Source of the DNA: Somniosus microcephalus
Lineage: Eukaryota
Length of the DNA stretch: 64,000 nt
Assembly (NCBI GenBank): GCA_052327205.1
Contig: CM126225.1
Coordinates: forward strand, 35,588,001-35,652,000
Reading direction: 5' to 3'
Part shown: positions 12,306 to 24,785 of the stretch, piece after piece
Position numbering within the stretch: position 1 is the first letter of the stretch
Layout of the letters: each line of letters opens with the position of its first letter
The notes under the pieces: model-generated
Told to the model about the DNA's origin: nothing
Database searches by the model: none
What the model saw: the letters and a program-made list of their open reading frames with translations, nothing else
Position numbers and translations under genes: made by a program

Positions 12306-15300
12306 ATGTCCACGATCAAGCAAAAGTGTGCACCACCGTTTGATGAGCCCTCCCTCCAAGCTCTGGTGCAGGGAGCAAGATCTAATAAGGAGGTGCTGTT
12401 CCCTTCCTCAGGGAGAGAAAAGCCACCCCAGCAGACAAAAGCTGTGTGGCTGCAAGTGGCCGAGGAGGTCAACTCCATTTCCATGAGCCGCAGAACCTGG
12501 CTGCAATGCAGGAAGAGGTTTCATGACCTTCTCCACACAGGAAAAGTGAGTATGGCTTTCCCATCACCCTCAATCTGATCCCCATCACCTCTCCTCACCA
12601 GCACTCTGCTTTGCCAACCTCTATCCTCCACATCCCATTTGACACTTACATCCCTGCACCCTTACCCATTCCCTCTCTATGGGCACATTCACCTAACTGT
12701 TCGACCATGCAGCCCTCACTCTTCCTATCACTGTGATGCAATGACAACAACAACTTACAACACACAGGGAGGGTCCTTTGTATCCTTCTAAGCATCTATG
12801 CTATGGATTCTCTACACTCACTCCTTCATTCTCACTCAAACTTCACTTGTGTCCCTCATTGCAGGACAAGAGAGCCCACAATAAGAGGGAAAGAGCCATG
12901 ACAGGAGGAGGGCCACCCTCAGTAGCCCAGCTCACCCACTGGGAGGAGGCGGCCCTGGAAATCGCTGGGATCGAGGACGATACCCAAGTGGGGGACGGAC
13001 AGACAGGCGCCTCACAGCAAGCTGGTGACTGAATAGTTTGGCATCTCTCTCATTGACATTGCATGAGTCACTGATAATGAATCTGATGCTCTAACAGATT
13101 GACTTATGATCATCTGCACTATTCAATGTTCATGTAACCTTGACCTCATATCTCTAACTTTCCTTTACTCCCCCACAGGACCATCGAAAGCCCCCATCCC
13201 AACTGTCCAGGAAGAAGAGCCTGAGCTTCTAGACTCCTCAGAGGAAGCTGCAACCTCTGAGGGCGCAGCATCAGCAGAATTCAGCGCACCCAGCACCAAC
13301 GCAGACACTCACACCTCAGTGGGACCTTCACAAGATAGAGTAGTTTTGGCACCTGGAGTATTACAGCTCACAAGTGAGCATCAGCAGAAGGTGGAGACAG
13401 GGACAGCAATGGAGAGTCCTCGTCGGAGGGCGCAGGACTCTGCCAGCTCGGCTCAGCTGCATGTCAACCCTGTGCCTCTGGGTCCACCCAGAAGGAGAGT
13501 GGTGCTGGAACTCTAGGAACAGGTGCTGGAGTCTCTGGCAGGTTTTGTCTCCAGGGTTGCTGCGAGTGTGGAGCGAATGGATGAGTCCATCGCAAACATG
13601 AGTAGAGCCTTTGTGGAGGCATTGGCGCATGAACATAAGAACATAAGAACATAAGAAATAGGAGCAGGAGTAGGCCAATCGGCCCCTCGAGCCTGCTCCG
13701 CCATTCAATAAGATCATGGCTGATCTGATCCTAACCGCCAATCTACTATCACAGAACCATCTCCTGAATCTAACAGAATTAGACACACGAAATAGGAGCA
13801 GGATCAGGCTACACAGCCCCGGGGCCCGCTCCGCTACCCACAGGGCCATGACCGATCCGAACCTAGACTCATGTCCAAATTCCTGCCCGCTCCCCATAAC
13901 CCATTATTCCCTTTACTTCTAGGAAACTGTCTATTTCTGTTTTAAATTTATGTAATGATGTAGCTTCTACAGCTTTTTGGGGCAGCATATTCCATGGACC
14001 TACCACCCTCTGAGTGAAGTAGTTCCTCCTCATCTCAGTTTTGAAAGAGCAGCCCCTTATTCTAAGACTATGCCCCCTAGTTCTAGTTTCACCCATCATC
14101 GGGAACATCCTCCCCGCATCCACCCGATCCAACCCCTTCACAATCTTATATGTTTCAATAAGATCGCCTCTCATTCTTCTGAACTCCAATGAGTAGAGTC
14201 CCAATCTACTCAACTTCTCCTCATATGTCCATCCCCTCATCCCCGGGATTAACCGAGTGAACCTTCTTTGTACTGACTCGAAAGCAAGTATGTCTTTTCT
14301 TAAGTATGGACACCAAAACTGTATGCAGTATTCCAGGTGCGGTCTCACCAATACCTTGTACAACTGAAGCAATACCTCCCTATTTTTATATTCTATCCCC
14401 CTAGCAATGAAAGCCAACATTCCATTGGCCTTCTTAATCACTTGCTGCACCTGTATACTAACCTTTTGAGTTTCGTGCACCAGGACCTCCAGATCCCTTT
14501 GTACTTCAGTACTTTCCAGTTTCTTGCCATTAAGATAATAACTTGCTCTACGATTTTTCCTGCCAAAGTGCATAACCTCACACTTTCCAGTATTGTATTC
14601 CATCTGCCAAATCTCTGCCCACTTACTTAGCCTGTCTATGTCCCCTTGCAGGTTTTTTATGTCCTCCTCACTCACTACTTTCCCTCCCATCTTAGTATCA
14701 TCTGCAAACTTTGATATGTTACACTCGGTCCCCTCCTCCAAATCGTTAATATAGATTGTAAAGAGTTGGGGACCCAGCACTGACCCCTGTGGAACACCAC
14801 TAGTTACTGATTGCCAGTCCGAGAATGAACCATTTATCCCAACTCTCTGCCTTCTGTTAGATAGCCAATCCTCTATCCATGCCAGAATATTACCCCCAAT
14901 CCCGTGATTTTTTATCTTAAGCAATAATCTTTTGTGTGGCACCTTGCCAAATGCCTTTTGGAAGTCTAAATACACTACGTCCACTGGTTCCCCTTTATCC
15001 ACCCTATATGTTACTTCCTCAAAGAACTCCAGCAAATTTGTCAAACATGACTTCCCCTTCATAAAACCATGCTGACTTTGTCCTATTAAATTATGATTAT
15101 CCAAATGTCCTGTTACTGCCTCCTTAATAATGGACTCCAAAATTTTACCTACCACAGATGTTAGGCTAACCGGTCTATAGTTTCCAGCCTTCTGTCTACT
15201 GCCCTTTTTAAATAAGGGCGTTACATTAGCAGTTTTCCAGTCTGCTGGGACCTTTGCTGACTCCAGGGAGTTTTGGAAAATTATTACCAATGCATCCACA

Positions 15301-15953
15301 ATCCCTACCGCCACTTCCCTCAAGACCCTAGGCATCACCACGGAAAGGATGGCAACCTCCGTGGAAAGGATGGCTACGGTAGAGGAGAGGATGGCTACAG
15401 CCATGGAGGAGCTAAGTCGCCAGAGTGTTGAAAACATGGTCATTGTTCAGAATAGACTGGCATCTCTTGAGGAGCGATGGTCAGCTATTGAGCATAGAAA
15501 CCAAACCTTCATGGAAGTCCTCTGGAGTAGGACTTCCAGTGCAGAAACGGGCCCTCATGGCCCCCCTGAAGTGCAGCAAGTTGCTATCAAGCCACTTGCT
15601 AGCACGAAGTGGGGCTGACCCATGAGAGGGATGTTGGTGGCAGACAACAAGGAAGTGGGGGCTCCTCTCCAAGCACTTACATGACCATGCCACTGCGAAG
15701 CCCTCAGTCAAAGTCCCACCAGAGTCCTCACCCAACTGAGATGGGTGTCTCATCCCCTGCACAGCCGCAGGAGCAGCAGACTGTTGCCGAGCCCTCACAG
15801 GTTCGCAACCCCAGAGGATGGCCACCAAAGGTGTCGAGACAGGAGCAGCAAGAAAGTGAGCAAGGGGCTTCCACATCTGCTGAAGCCACAGGGGAAGCAC
15901 CACGTAGGAGCACGCCTAAGAGGAAGAGAATGCACAAGTGGTCACAAGGGTAG
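12306..15953 (+). pseudogene. Harbinger Myb/SANT-like DNA-binding protein gene, 3 exons (12306-12545, 12865-13024, 13179-15953)
   Basis: Trihelix motif F..(E/D)..L..LV...W..VA..V...RTW.QC.KRF.DL. GT-AG introns in compatible phases. Premature TAG at 13514, CR1 insertion, and frameshifts. Confidence 0.85.
13631..15332 (-). mobile_element. Young 5'-truncated CR1 LINE inserted in the Myb gene
   Basis: Uninterrupted RT frame 15332-13869 (YLDFQKAF, GVPQGS, KFADD). (TTCTTATG)n tail at 13631-13656. Flanks rejoin to the sequence seen in element B. Confidence 0.95.
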
Positions 15954-16200
15954 TCACTTGGGTGTTATGTTGTGTTTATTTTTGAAATGCCATCAGTTGC
16001 TTGTTGTAATAAAAATTTCTGATGGCAAACTGTTGAAGTTGTGGCCTGTGTCATTTCACAAATGGGACTTCCACATTGAGGGCTTAGAGTGACTTGCAAT
16101 TGTCAGTATGGTGGTCCGAGTGATAGGAATCTGCAGGTTCTTGTCCATTGTCGATGCTCTGCTTAGAAGGTGCGAGGCAAAAGTGTTTGATTGTGCAGGC

Positions 16201-16426
16201 TAAGCAAATCCGGCCAACATGAGTGCGTCCCTTGAATCCCAGGCAGCAATGTGGTCGCATGCTGGCGCCTTCTGGCCTGTGCAGTTTCAGGTGGGTGACT
16301 AGCAGCTTGGCGCTCCTGTTGTTGCTCCTGCTGTTGGTGCTGCTGTTTTTCATGGTTCTGCTGCTGCCGCGGCTGGTCTTCGTCCGAATCTGATGTCCAG
16401 GCGGAGAGGAAATAAATGGTTCCCAT
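16201..16426 (-). pseudogene. Harbinger transposase remnant (N-terminus fused to C-terminus)
   Basis: MGTIYFL...ARRRQ matches 57907-58032. It is joined directly to sequence matching 59360-59420. Confidence 0.85.
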
Positions 16427-17199
16427 GCTTCTACTGTATACCTCAGTTGAGGAAGCGCTCAGTCAAGGTGGGGAGAGGGGTCACACTGGAGATGGGTGTC
16501 AGGCTCCAAACTTCCACAACAATGAGTAGGCCGCTAAAAGTTCCCCCAGACCTGAGACAACAAAGTTCTGCCACCTGCAAATGGTGAAAACTCCTTTTTA
16601 ATGGTGGAGCTGCAGCTGTTACTAAGCAATCCACTTGTGAGGCCGCCATCATTACCTGGCGTGTTCCAGAGGAGGCATGTAGGATGGGGGAAATGTCTAA
16701 CAATCAGAAAGGCCTCTCAAAATGGGATTATAGAGGCAATTAAGTGGTTGATAAGGGCCGGCGGGATGAAAAGAGGGTCACGCACTTGGGAAAATTGCTC
16801 AGAGGCAGGATGGAGGCGGGATCAGGCCCGCCCGCCATTTTGGGGGATTTTACCACCTCGCACGCCTCCAAACCCGCCTCCTCGTGCTTGGCAAAATCGA
16901 GCCCATTGTGTCGTGCAAGTGTGTTTTGTCTGGTGATTTCCCTTTTGTGTAAGTATAAAGTGTGTGTACTTCCTAACTGCATACTCCTGTTAAGTGTTCC
17001 CAGTGGGAAAAAGAAATGGATAACTATTGGGTGTCACTGTCCGCTAGGGATGAAGACTGGCCCTTTACTTCCTTGCGCTGGGTGAGTAGATGGCCTTGCA
17101 TCTATAAAATGTTGATGCAGTGGCTAGTTGGGCCTGTATGTTCAGGGACACACCTGTAATTATTGAATGGCATGGGAGGGAGATGCAGATGTAACGTTA

Positions 17200-18510
17200 C
17201 CTTGGGAGACATCTTAGAAAGGGCTCAGAGGAGGTTTTCCAGGATGTTACCCGTGATGAGGGACTTCAGTCATGAGTTGGAAAAGTTACGACTGTTCTCC
17301 TTGGAACAGAGAAGGTTAAGAGGCGACCTAATAGAGGTTTACAAGATGATGTGAGGTTTTGATAGAGTAGATAGAGTTAGAGGTCATAGATTCAAAATCA
17401 TTGGCAAAAGATCTCGAGGGGAGATGAGGAGAATTTTTTTTCACTGAGTTCTCAGGATCTGGAATGCTCGACCTAAAAAGGCGGTGGAAGCTGATCCCAT
17501 AAATAATTTTAAAAGGGAGTTGGACAGGTACTCAAGGATGAGGAACTTACAGGGTTACGGACAAAAAGCAGGGATGTGGGACTGAGTACGACTGCTGTTT
17601 CAAAGGGGTAGATTTTCCCGAACCTTTCGGGAAGAAGGCGGGACTTCCCCTTTCGGGTTTGTGACCCGCCTACTTCGACGTCCAGCCAATCCGCGCGATT
17701 TTCCCTTGATTGACCTTGTTGAGCCCACCCAGCGGGCTCAGCAGGCCAATTAAGGGCCACCCGGCAACAGGTGACGTCACAGACTGCAATTTCATCTGTC
17801 AAGAGATTTTGACAGATGAAATATCAGTGTTTCACAGCTGTTTGAAGCTGTGAAACACTGACACTCTGAGTTCTACCATGAGTCATTCTGCACAGACTCA
17901 GTTAGAACTCTTACCAGCACTCAAAGCTGAAGGCTGTCACTTTTCACAGATTGCAGCCGTTCAGCTTTCAGTGCCGGCTGAGTGATGGGCTCCCGACGGC
18001 TACAGGAAGAAAGGCTGTGAAGGTAAGTACAGGTAAGTAAAAGTTCTTTACACACTTTAGACACACCAAACACACTTACCTTTGCACTCATGCACCCATC
18101 ACTCACCTGAGCGCCAACATCGCGACCCCTCCAACTCCTTCAACCCGACGGCCCACCTGCTCTAACCTGGCGTGGTTTGGAGCCGTCGGGAAACCCACAC
18201 GACACCCCTCAAAATAGGGATTAGGCTAAAAACTGCCTGTTAACTACCTGTTAACAGGCAGTTAATTGGCACTAATCCCTTCCCGCCTGGTTTCGGCGGG
18301 TCCCAGTGCGGGGCGGGTACCCGCCGCCCCTGAAACTTACGTGGGGCGGGGTTTTGGGCGGGATGGTGTCGGGACCCCCAAATTCGGGAGTTTCCCCCCC
18401 CCCCCCCACACGCCTGAAACCCCGCCTGACGGCTGGGGGAAAATCGGGGCCAAAGAGTCAGCACAGGCACAATGGGCCTCTTTCTGTGCTGTAAGTTTCT
18501 CTGATTCTGT
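17200..18510 (+). mobile_element. CR1 3' fragment interrupted by a MITE
   Basis: LERAQRRFSRM...LFSLEQRRLRGDLIEVYK. The 3' UTR resumes after 18451. Confidence 0.85.
17605..18451 (+). mobile_element. Harbinger-type MITE, family M1 copy 2
   Basis: Imperfect TIR ggggtagattttccc / gggaaaatcggggcc. TSD AAA. Double hairpin at 17789-17861. Confidence 0.88.
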
Positions 18511-19979
18511 GATCTCACTCATGCTGCTCACTCCCGCAACACAGATAGAGGTCTGTGTAAGAACAGACTGCTGGACAGCAATAAGGTTATTAAAGACCTG
18601 TGTCATGGCTGTCTCAGTCAGATTCCCTAACATGGTGAATCCAGACAAGACATACTGCTGTTTATTGAAGTCTTCAATCTGTAGAGCCTCAGTCATAGCA
18701 TTCATAATGGTAGCTATGCTTGAGTCGTACATACTACCATGCAGCATTCTGGGAGCCCAATCAACTTTCGCTGTCGAAAATCCATGCAGCCAGGTCCCTC
18801 TTCCACCGCCCCTAGTCCTGCTCCTCCTGTGTCTGATAGCTAATACATAGGAATAGTCCTTGTCTGATCCCGGGCTACTCCCAGCACTAATAGCCAGGAT
18901 TGCAGCTCTGTACAGTTAACGGGAACTCTCACATGAGCTGCCACTTATATGCAGACCCCTCCCACAAGCAAAAATAAAAGGGACATATGCTGGAACAAGG
19001 AATGTAACAGAAGATGGATGCCATTAAATGCCCAGGCAATCACTCATCTTCTAGGGTGTGTGAATGTACGACATTCAGGTTCCTTGTGCTGGCTGTATAA
19101 TTGGTGCTTATTGCTACATCAACACATCATTATGACAACATCACACAGTGTCCAGGGACAATATGAGCAGGCCTGTGCATTTAGAAAGATGAATAGTTGT
19201 CAAAGTAAAAATATATTTCCTCGCTGGTGGTTAAACAGAAGTGCAGTTAAGAAGCATCATAATCCAACATGTTAGCACACTTGCCTTGCGTAGCTCAGCC
19301 CACTTATTTCTCACTTGTTCCCAGCTTCCACTACTTATATTGCTACCTTAACCACTTTGATGAGAATACTGCCTAACAATTTGGCCACGGTATCCATTTT
19401 TCTCTACTTAATCTCCAGTGACCAGTAAACTAATTTAAGACCACACTGTAATGTTCTCCAGAATCCCATTAGAAGAGTTTTTATTAACAAGGCCTCTATC
19501 TGGCCCTACCAGTGTTAAAGTTTCCCAAGGCAGTGTTTAGTTTAAACATTACAAAATGTTTTTTTATAGATCTTGTTCAGTTCTTAAGTAGTACAGTACC
19601 AGCATTTTTGTTGGCTAAGTTTATTTAAAGCATTTTGAGTTCAACCCAGATTGTTATTAGGGAATATTTTTTCCAATGAAACTAAATGACTTTATAATTG
19701 CTTACTGTACCCCAGATAGATCATATTGATCATCATGTAATCTCTTTATACCGCACATTAAATATTTAATACTAATATTAGATGCGGGAGTCGATTTTAA
19801 CTTCAGGCGGGTGGGCGGCAGAAAGAGCACCTGCTCTACCTGCTCAAAGTCACTGCTGAGAGCAGGGTTACCAACACTGCAGGGTTGTCCTGGAGTCTGC
19901 AGGAATTAAAGATTTATCTCTTGGACACTGCTTCCAGTAACCATGGAGAAAAGTTATTGGGGCATTAAAAAAAATGTAC

Positions 19980-20270
19980 TGATGGAGTGCTGCATTGTTG
20001 GAGGTATCGCCCTTCAGATCTGCATGTCCAAGTGGATGTTAAAGATCCCATGGCATGAATAAAAGAATATAAGGGTATTCTTCTGGTGTCCTGTTCAAGG
20101 TTCTTCCCTTAACAAATACCAACCAAGGAAACAGATTAACCTCAATTCTAGTTGTGGGTCGTTGCTGAGGCAGAATGACTATCACGTTTGCCTATGTAAC
20201 AACAGGACCTGCACTCCTAAAGTAATTCACAGTGTGAAGAACTTTAACACGGAAATCACTATATAAATCC
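19980..20270 (+). mobile_element. Degraded Deu-domain SINE fragment
   Basis: Reverse-complement similarity to 6690-6920 and 62237-62530. Confidence 0.55.
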
Positions 20271-21364
20271 AAATATTGATGAGAAACAAGCATTGTACCT
20301 TTCAAAGATCTATTAGATAAATTATCAGCTCTAGGTCACATTTGGTTGGTGGTGAGAGAATGTATGTCCCCTCTTAGTTTATAGGCTCTTGAATGGTATC
20401 TTTGACTCATGCGGAATCAAAGGAGGAGGGAAAGCATGATTGCCTCCAGGCATTGTATAGATTCACATGTCAGATTCCTAGGCTACAGATGTCCCAGCAT
20501 CTTACAGGTTCAAGGTAGTCTAGACTTTTTACTATTAGGAAAGTGCTGTAAGAAAGACATGCACAGAAGGTAGAAGAGAAACAGGAGCCTGGTGAAAGTC
20601 AGAAGGATATTATCATCAAATCTGAATCTGTTGTTGTCATGAACATTGTAATTGACATTAATATATTCCATTAATGTAACATGTAAATGTGTTATTTTGT
20701 TTTGTCAACAAAACTATTTTAAAGTAATTGTTTTCTTCTTTCTCCAATTGGATCTCCCCAGCCATGCGCCATCCCCATTCAAGGTGCAAGTCTGGGTGAT
20801 CGGCCCCCAAATTTTTACTGATGCTGCTTTGCAACCAGTTGCTAGGATGTGTGAAAGAGCAACTGCTTCCTCCAGTTTTCCTCTCGCACTCTGGCAGTCA
20901 GCTCAGGGTTCCCCACATGATGTAATTAAGATTTGGAACTCTGGGCATTCATAGTGGGGAGATCATGTCATATCAATTAGTGATGCTATATGTTGGTGCG
21001 CCAACATGCTGGGAAACCAACATGTCATCTGTGTTTCACTGAAAATAAATATATATTTCTTCCTGTTTTAGTCTCCATGTCCCCTACAATATCATGCATA
21101 TGTTCCCAGTTAAGACAGCAAGCAGACAATTAGCCCCCAACCCTCTACCAATGTGACTCTTGAATGAATGACTACAAAGTGTATGAAATTAGCCTTGAAT
21201 GATGCAGCACTAAATTCCACCTCTCCTCTAAGAAGAAGCACTTATCTCTTCCCTTCGTTAGCACCATTCGGATTGTGAGGAATAAACTCGTACCCCACCA
21301 CTCTTTGGTGTAATGCATTGGAGCTCCAACTCTAGTGTGCTACCATATCGTTTTAAAACACATC

Positions 21365-22103
21365 GGCCTAGAAATTCAGTGGGCTGCGCCACCCGTTAGC
21401 GCCTTAAGAGGGCGTTAAGTGGGTCGGAAGCCACTGGCCACGCCTCCTGCTAAATTCAGCGGGACACTAATGGCGGCGCTAGCCGTTAGCGCTGCGCCAC
21501 TACCGATGACATCATCGGTGTGCGCAGCGCCCCGCTGATGCCCCGATCGCGATATTTAGATGCGCCCCCTGCTTTAACGCCGGACGCTATGTGCGACCGG
21601 TTCAGGGGGGCCTACCTGCGGCGGTAGAGGCACTAATTAAAGGAGAGGTGCGGGGCGGCCATTTTTGTTGCTGGCCGCCTGCCAGCACCTCTCCGCGCTG
21701 CCGTCCCCTGCCTCCTGAGCACCCCCCGCAGAGTGCCGGCTGCGTTCCAAGAGCCCGGCACTTCTCCTAGGTGCTGGGCTCTTTTGTCAGCACTCGCGAT
21801 TCTCGGGGGCCCAGCTGGGCCCCAGATCGCGCTGCACAAGTTCCCTCCCCTTTAAGAGGGGGAGGAAGGCCTGCAGTACCGCAGCGCGACGTGCCGCAGC
21901 ATGTGGCGCTGCGGCACGTTGCGCAGCAATATTCAGTTGCAGCGCCCCAAGAGGGATGCGGGGCGCCTCCAGTAGCGCCGCGCTTCCCTCTGGGGCGCTT
22001 CAACTGAATTTCCGGTGGGCGGCCGCGACTGCTTCCGGGGCGCTACTTTTAACGCCCTGGCGAGGCTGGCGCCCCAAACGGGGCTATAGTGAATTTCTAG
22101 GCC
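21365..22103 (+). mobile_element. CpG-rich Harbinger-type MITE, family M3 copy 1
   Basis: TIR ggcctagaaattca / tgaatttctaggcc. TSD ATC. Homologous to 61565-62233. Confidence 0.92.
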
Positions 22104-23476
22104 ATCCAGTTTTATTGTGCACTCAGTCTTTTTCCAGTGGCATTAATGAAGGATATGATTATTCTTAAGGTTCAATTCAAAGGCATTGAATTTTAAAAGA
22201 AAATCTAACCTGAGCTTGGTCCCTTGGTAATCTGCTGTGGTCAATGTCTTTTCAGACACAGTGAGATTTTAAATGTTTAGAAAGTCGAGCAAATAAATAG
22301 CCCCTATCTTGTTTCAACAGACATAGCTTGTGATGACAAGATTGTAATTGCAAAGTGAATCTTGGATGTTGTTCCCTGGAGGGCTGAATTCTCTTTTCAA
22401 TAGTAAACCTTGTCATATTTAATGATCTGATGCAAAAAAAAACTGTGCTCCAGCCTTCAGAAGGTTAATATATTATTTCCAATTTATGTAGTTTTCACTA
22501 TTTTCAAATTTCTGAATGTACCTTCTGGCATATTCAAAACTAATTTGATTGTCATGCATTAGATGAACCGAGCAGTCATTTTTTACCCTATGGTTGTTGC
22601 TTGCTTCAGGACGGTTCCTGCAAGAATTTGTGCATTCTTCCTGAAAGAGGTCACTTTTGCCTAGGAGGCAAATTCACTTCCATTGTCTTTTTTGGACCTT
22701 CAAATACATATCTAATTTAGAATAAATGCATAAATTGCATAGTGTTTTTTTGGATGTTGATTAAAGAAAAACATTGTTTGTAAAAAAAAAATTGTACTTT
22801 AATAAGAATTATATTTGATCAGGAGTTCCATCAACTCAGATAAAAATAGCTTAGAAAACCCATGTATTTCAGTCCATTGATTCAGCAAATCAGTGAAAAC
22901 ATTAAAAAGATATTAAGCCGAACATAGACATACGATTAATCAAACATCATAGGACTTCCAAAACGTGCAATTCTTTTGCTTGGAATGGGATTTTATATTT
23001 TAATGTTATACTTAGATCAAGAATTCTGTACAGTGGGAGTGAATAGGAAGTGCTTTTCCATTGCAATCTCAATAGAATGGGAATAAGTGGGAAGTGGCTT
23101 AGTCCATTGGAATTCTATAGTGAGAACAAATACTGTAGGAAGTGGTTTGTTCCATTTGTTTTCTATGCTATGATCAGAGTTTTGTTTGAATCAGGAGTAT
23201 ATTTATCTAGAGCTCATTATGTTTCCCAACACAGACAATTATCAAATGTGAACTTCCATTTTTGAAGCTGGTATGTCATGATTTTTTTTTAACTAAATTA
23301 TAATGACTTGTTAATTCATGCAAATAAAGCAGCGGTGAGGTACTTAAACTATTAAGGAAGAGAAGAGGGACAAATCTTATAGCATATGAGGGAAGGTTAA
23401 AAATCAGTACAGTGAAAGGGCCAAGCATTTTCAATTAGTAAGCTCAAGGTTATATGCAGAGATGTACATTAGGGCA

Positions 23477-23859
23477 TTGGAACTCCGGCATGGCAAGAGA
23501 GCCCCAGGTGGGCAGAGGAAACGCTTCAAGGACACCCTCAAAGCCTCCTTGAAAAAGTGTAACATCCCCACCGACACCTGGGAATCCCTGGCCCAAGACC
23601 GCACAAAGTGGAGGAGAAGCATCCGGGAAGGCGCCGAACACCTCGAGTCTCTTCGCCGGGAGCAAGCGGAAGCCAAGCGCAGGCAGCGCAAGGCGCGCAC
23701 GTCAACCCAAGCACCCCACCCACCTGTCCCTTCAACCACCGTCTGCCCCACCTGTGACAGAGACTGTAGGTCCCGCATTGGACTCACCAGTCACCTGCAA
23801 ACTCATTTTTAATGTGGAAGCAAGTCATCCTCGGTTCCGAGGGACTGCCTAAGAAGAAG
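23477..23859 (+). mobile_element. RTE-clade LINE 3' end
   Basis: GGQRKRFKDTLK...W...AQDR..WR and a terminal C2H2 finger CPTC...SHLQTH. (AAG)n tail. 11-bp TSD acattagggca (23466-23476, 23860-23870). Confidence 0.9.
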
Positions 23860-24054
23860 ACATTAGGGCAGATGGGTCATAACAAACTGTAAGGAAGAAT
23901 GCAGTGGGACATAGACAGGTTACCTGAGTGGGCCGATAAGTGGCACATACAGTTCAATGTATAGTATATTCTACTAGAAACATTGTGAAAGAAATTACAC
24001 CCTAAACAATAAGACCCTTGCTAGAGTGAAGAAAATGGGGATTTAGGTACATAT

Positions 24055-24785
24055 GGCCTTGATTTTAATCCCCCCTCACCCAGCGATAATGTTGCATGGA
24101 AAGGGTTAAGATTAGGCCGAATCGACTTAACGGCCTGAGGTCACTCTGTTCCCTTTTGGTGCTATTTCAGCTTTGCCAATTTTCAAATTGGCCAAGGCAG
24201 GCAGGCGGGGGGGCCACTTTAATTTCAAAGATCGTGGCCCTGATAACATTACCAGTGCCGCGACGTGATCCTAACGTCTAGTCAGGCTTGAGTCCCAAAC
24301 TATGTAAAACCCGAGAGCCGAACCACAGCGGGAGGTGTCACTTGGCCAGAAGAGGGCAAGGTAAATTTTAAAAATGACATTGTCAGGAGTGCTCCCCCCA
24401 AACCCCGGAAGGAGTCCTTGGGCCTCCCCAGCCCCGGTATCCCCCCCCTCCGTGAATGTGGTGGAACCCGACGCCAATCGCGGTGGAAACCCAATCCCCG
24501 ATCGTGGCTGCAACGCCCGCTCGCCTCCGGACCCCTCTCCCCACTGACTGCTGGGGACCATTCCCACGGGTCCCCGGCTGCATCCTCTAGCCGCCAAATT
24601 CCTGCTACCACCCAGCAGCCAGGTAGTAGATCTGGCCGGTTTGGGGTAGGGCGCTGGGAACATTTATGTTATTGAGATCCAGCCGTTAAAATTGGCAGGA
24701 CCTCCATGTCCCTGGACTCTCTTGGTGCGCTGCCCGCTTTGGGGCTCGCACACAATGTGCTCGTGCTCCTCTTTAAATCAGGGCC
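24055..24785. mobile_element. Harbinger-type MITE
   Basis: TIR ggccttgattttaa / tttaaatcagggcc. Interrupts the CR1. TSD imperfect. Confidence 0.75.

Larger units (their letters stand above)
12026..16904 (+). mobile_element. PIF/Harbinger transposon A (non-autonomous: Myb gene kept, transposase internally deleted)
   Basis: TIRs gggctggattttgcca / tggcaaaatcgagccc. TSD ATT on both sides. Two convergent genes, collinear with element B. Confidence 0.9.

Noticed and set aside
13869-15443. 524-aa ORF as a novel RT fusion gene
   Set aside because: It is a truncated CR1 RT whose frame happens to run into the antisense strand of the Myb exon for 37 codons.
22610-22650. Possible small exon
   Set aside because: The donor is weak (gtcact) and the peptide is not recognisable.
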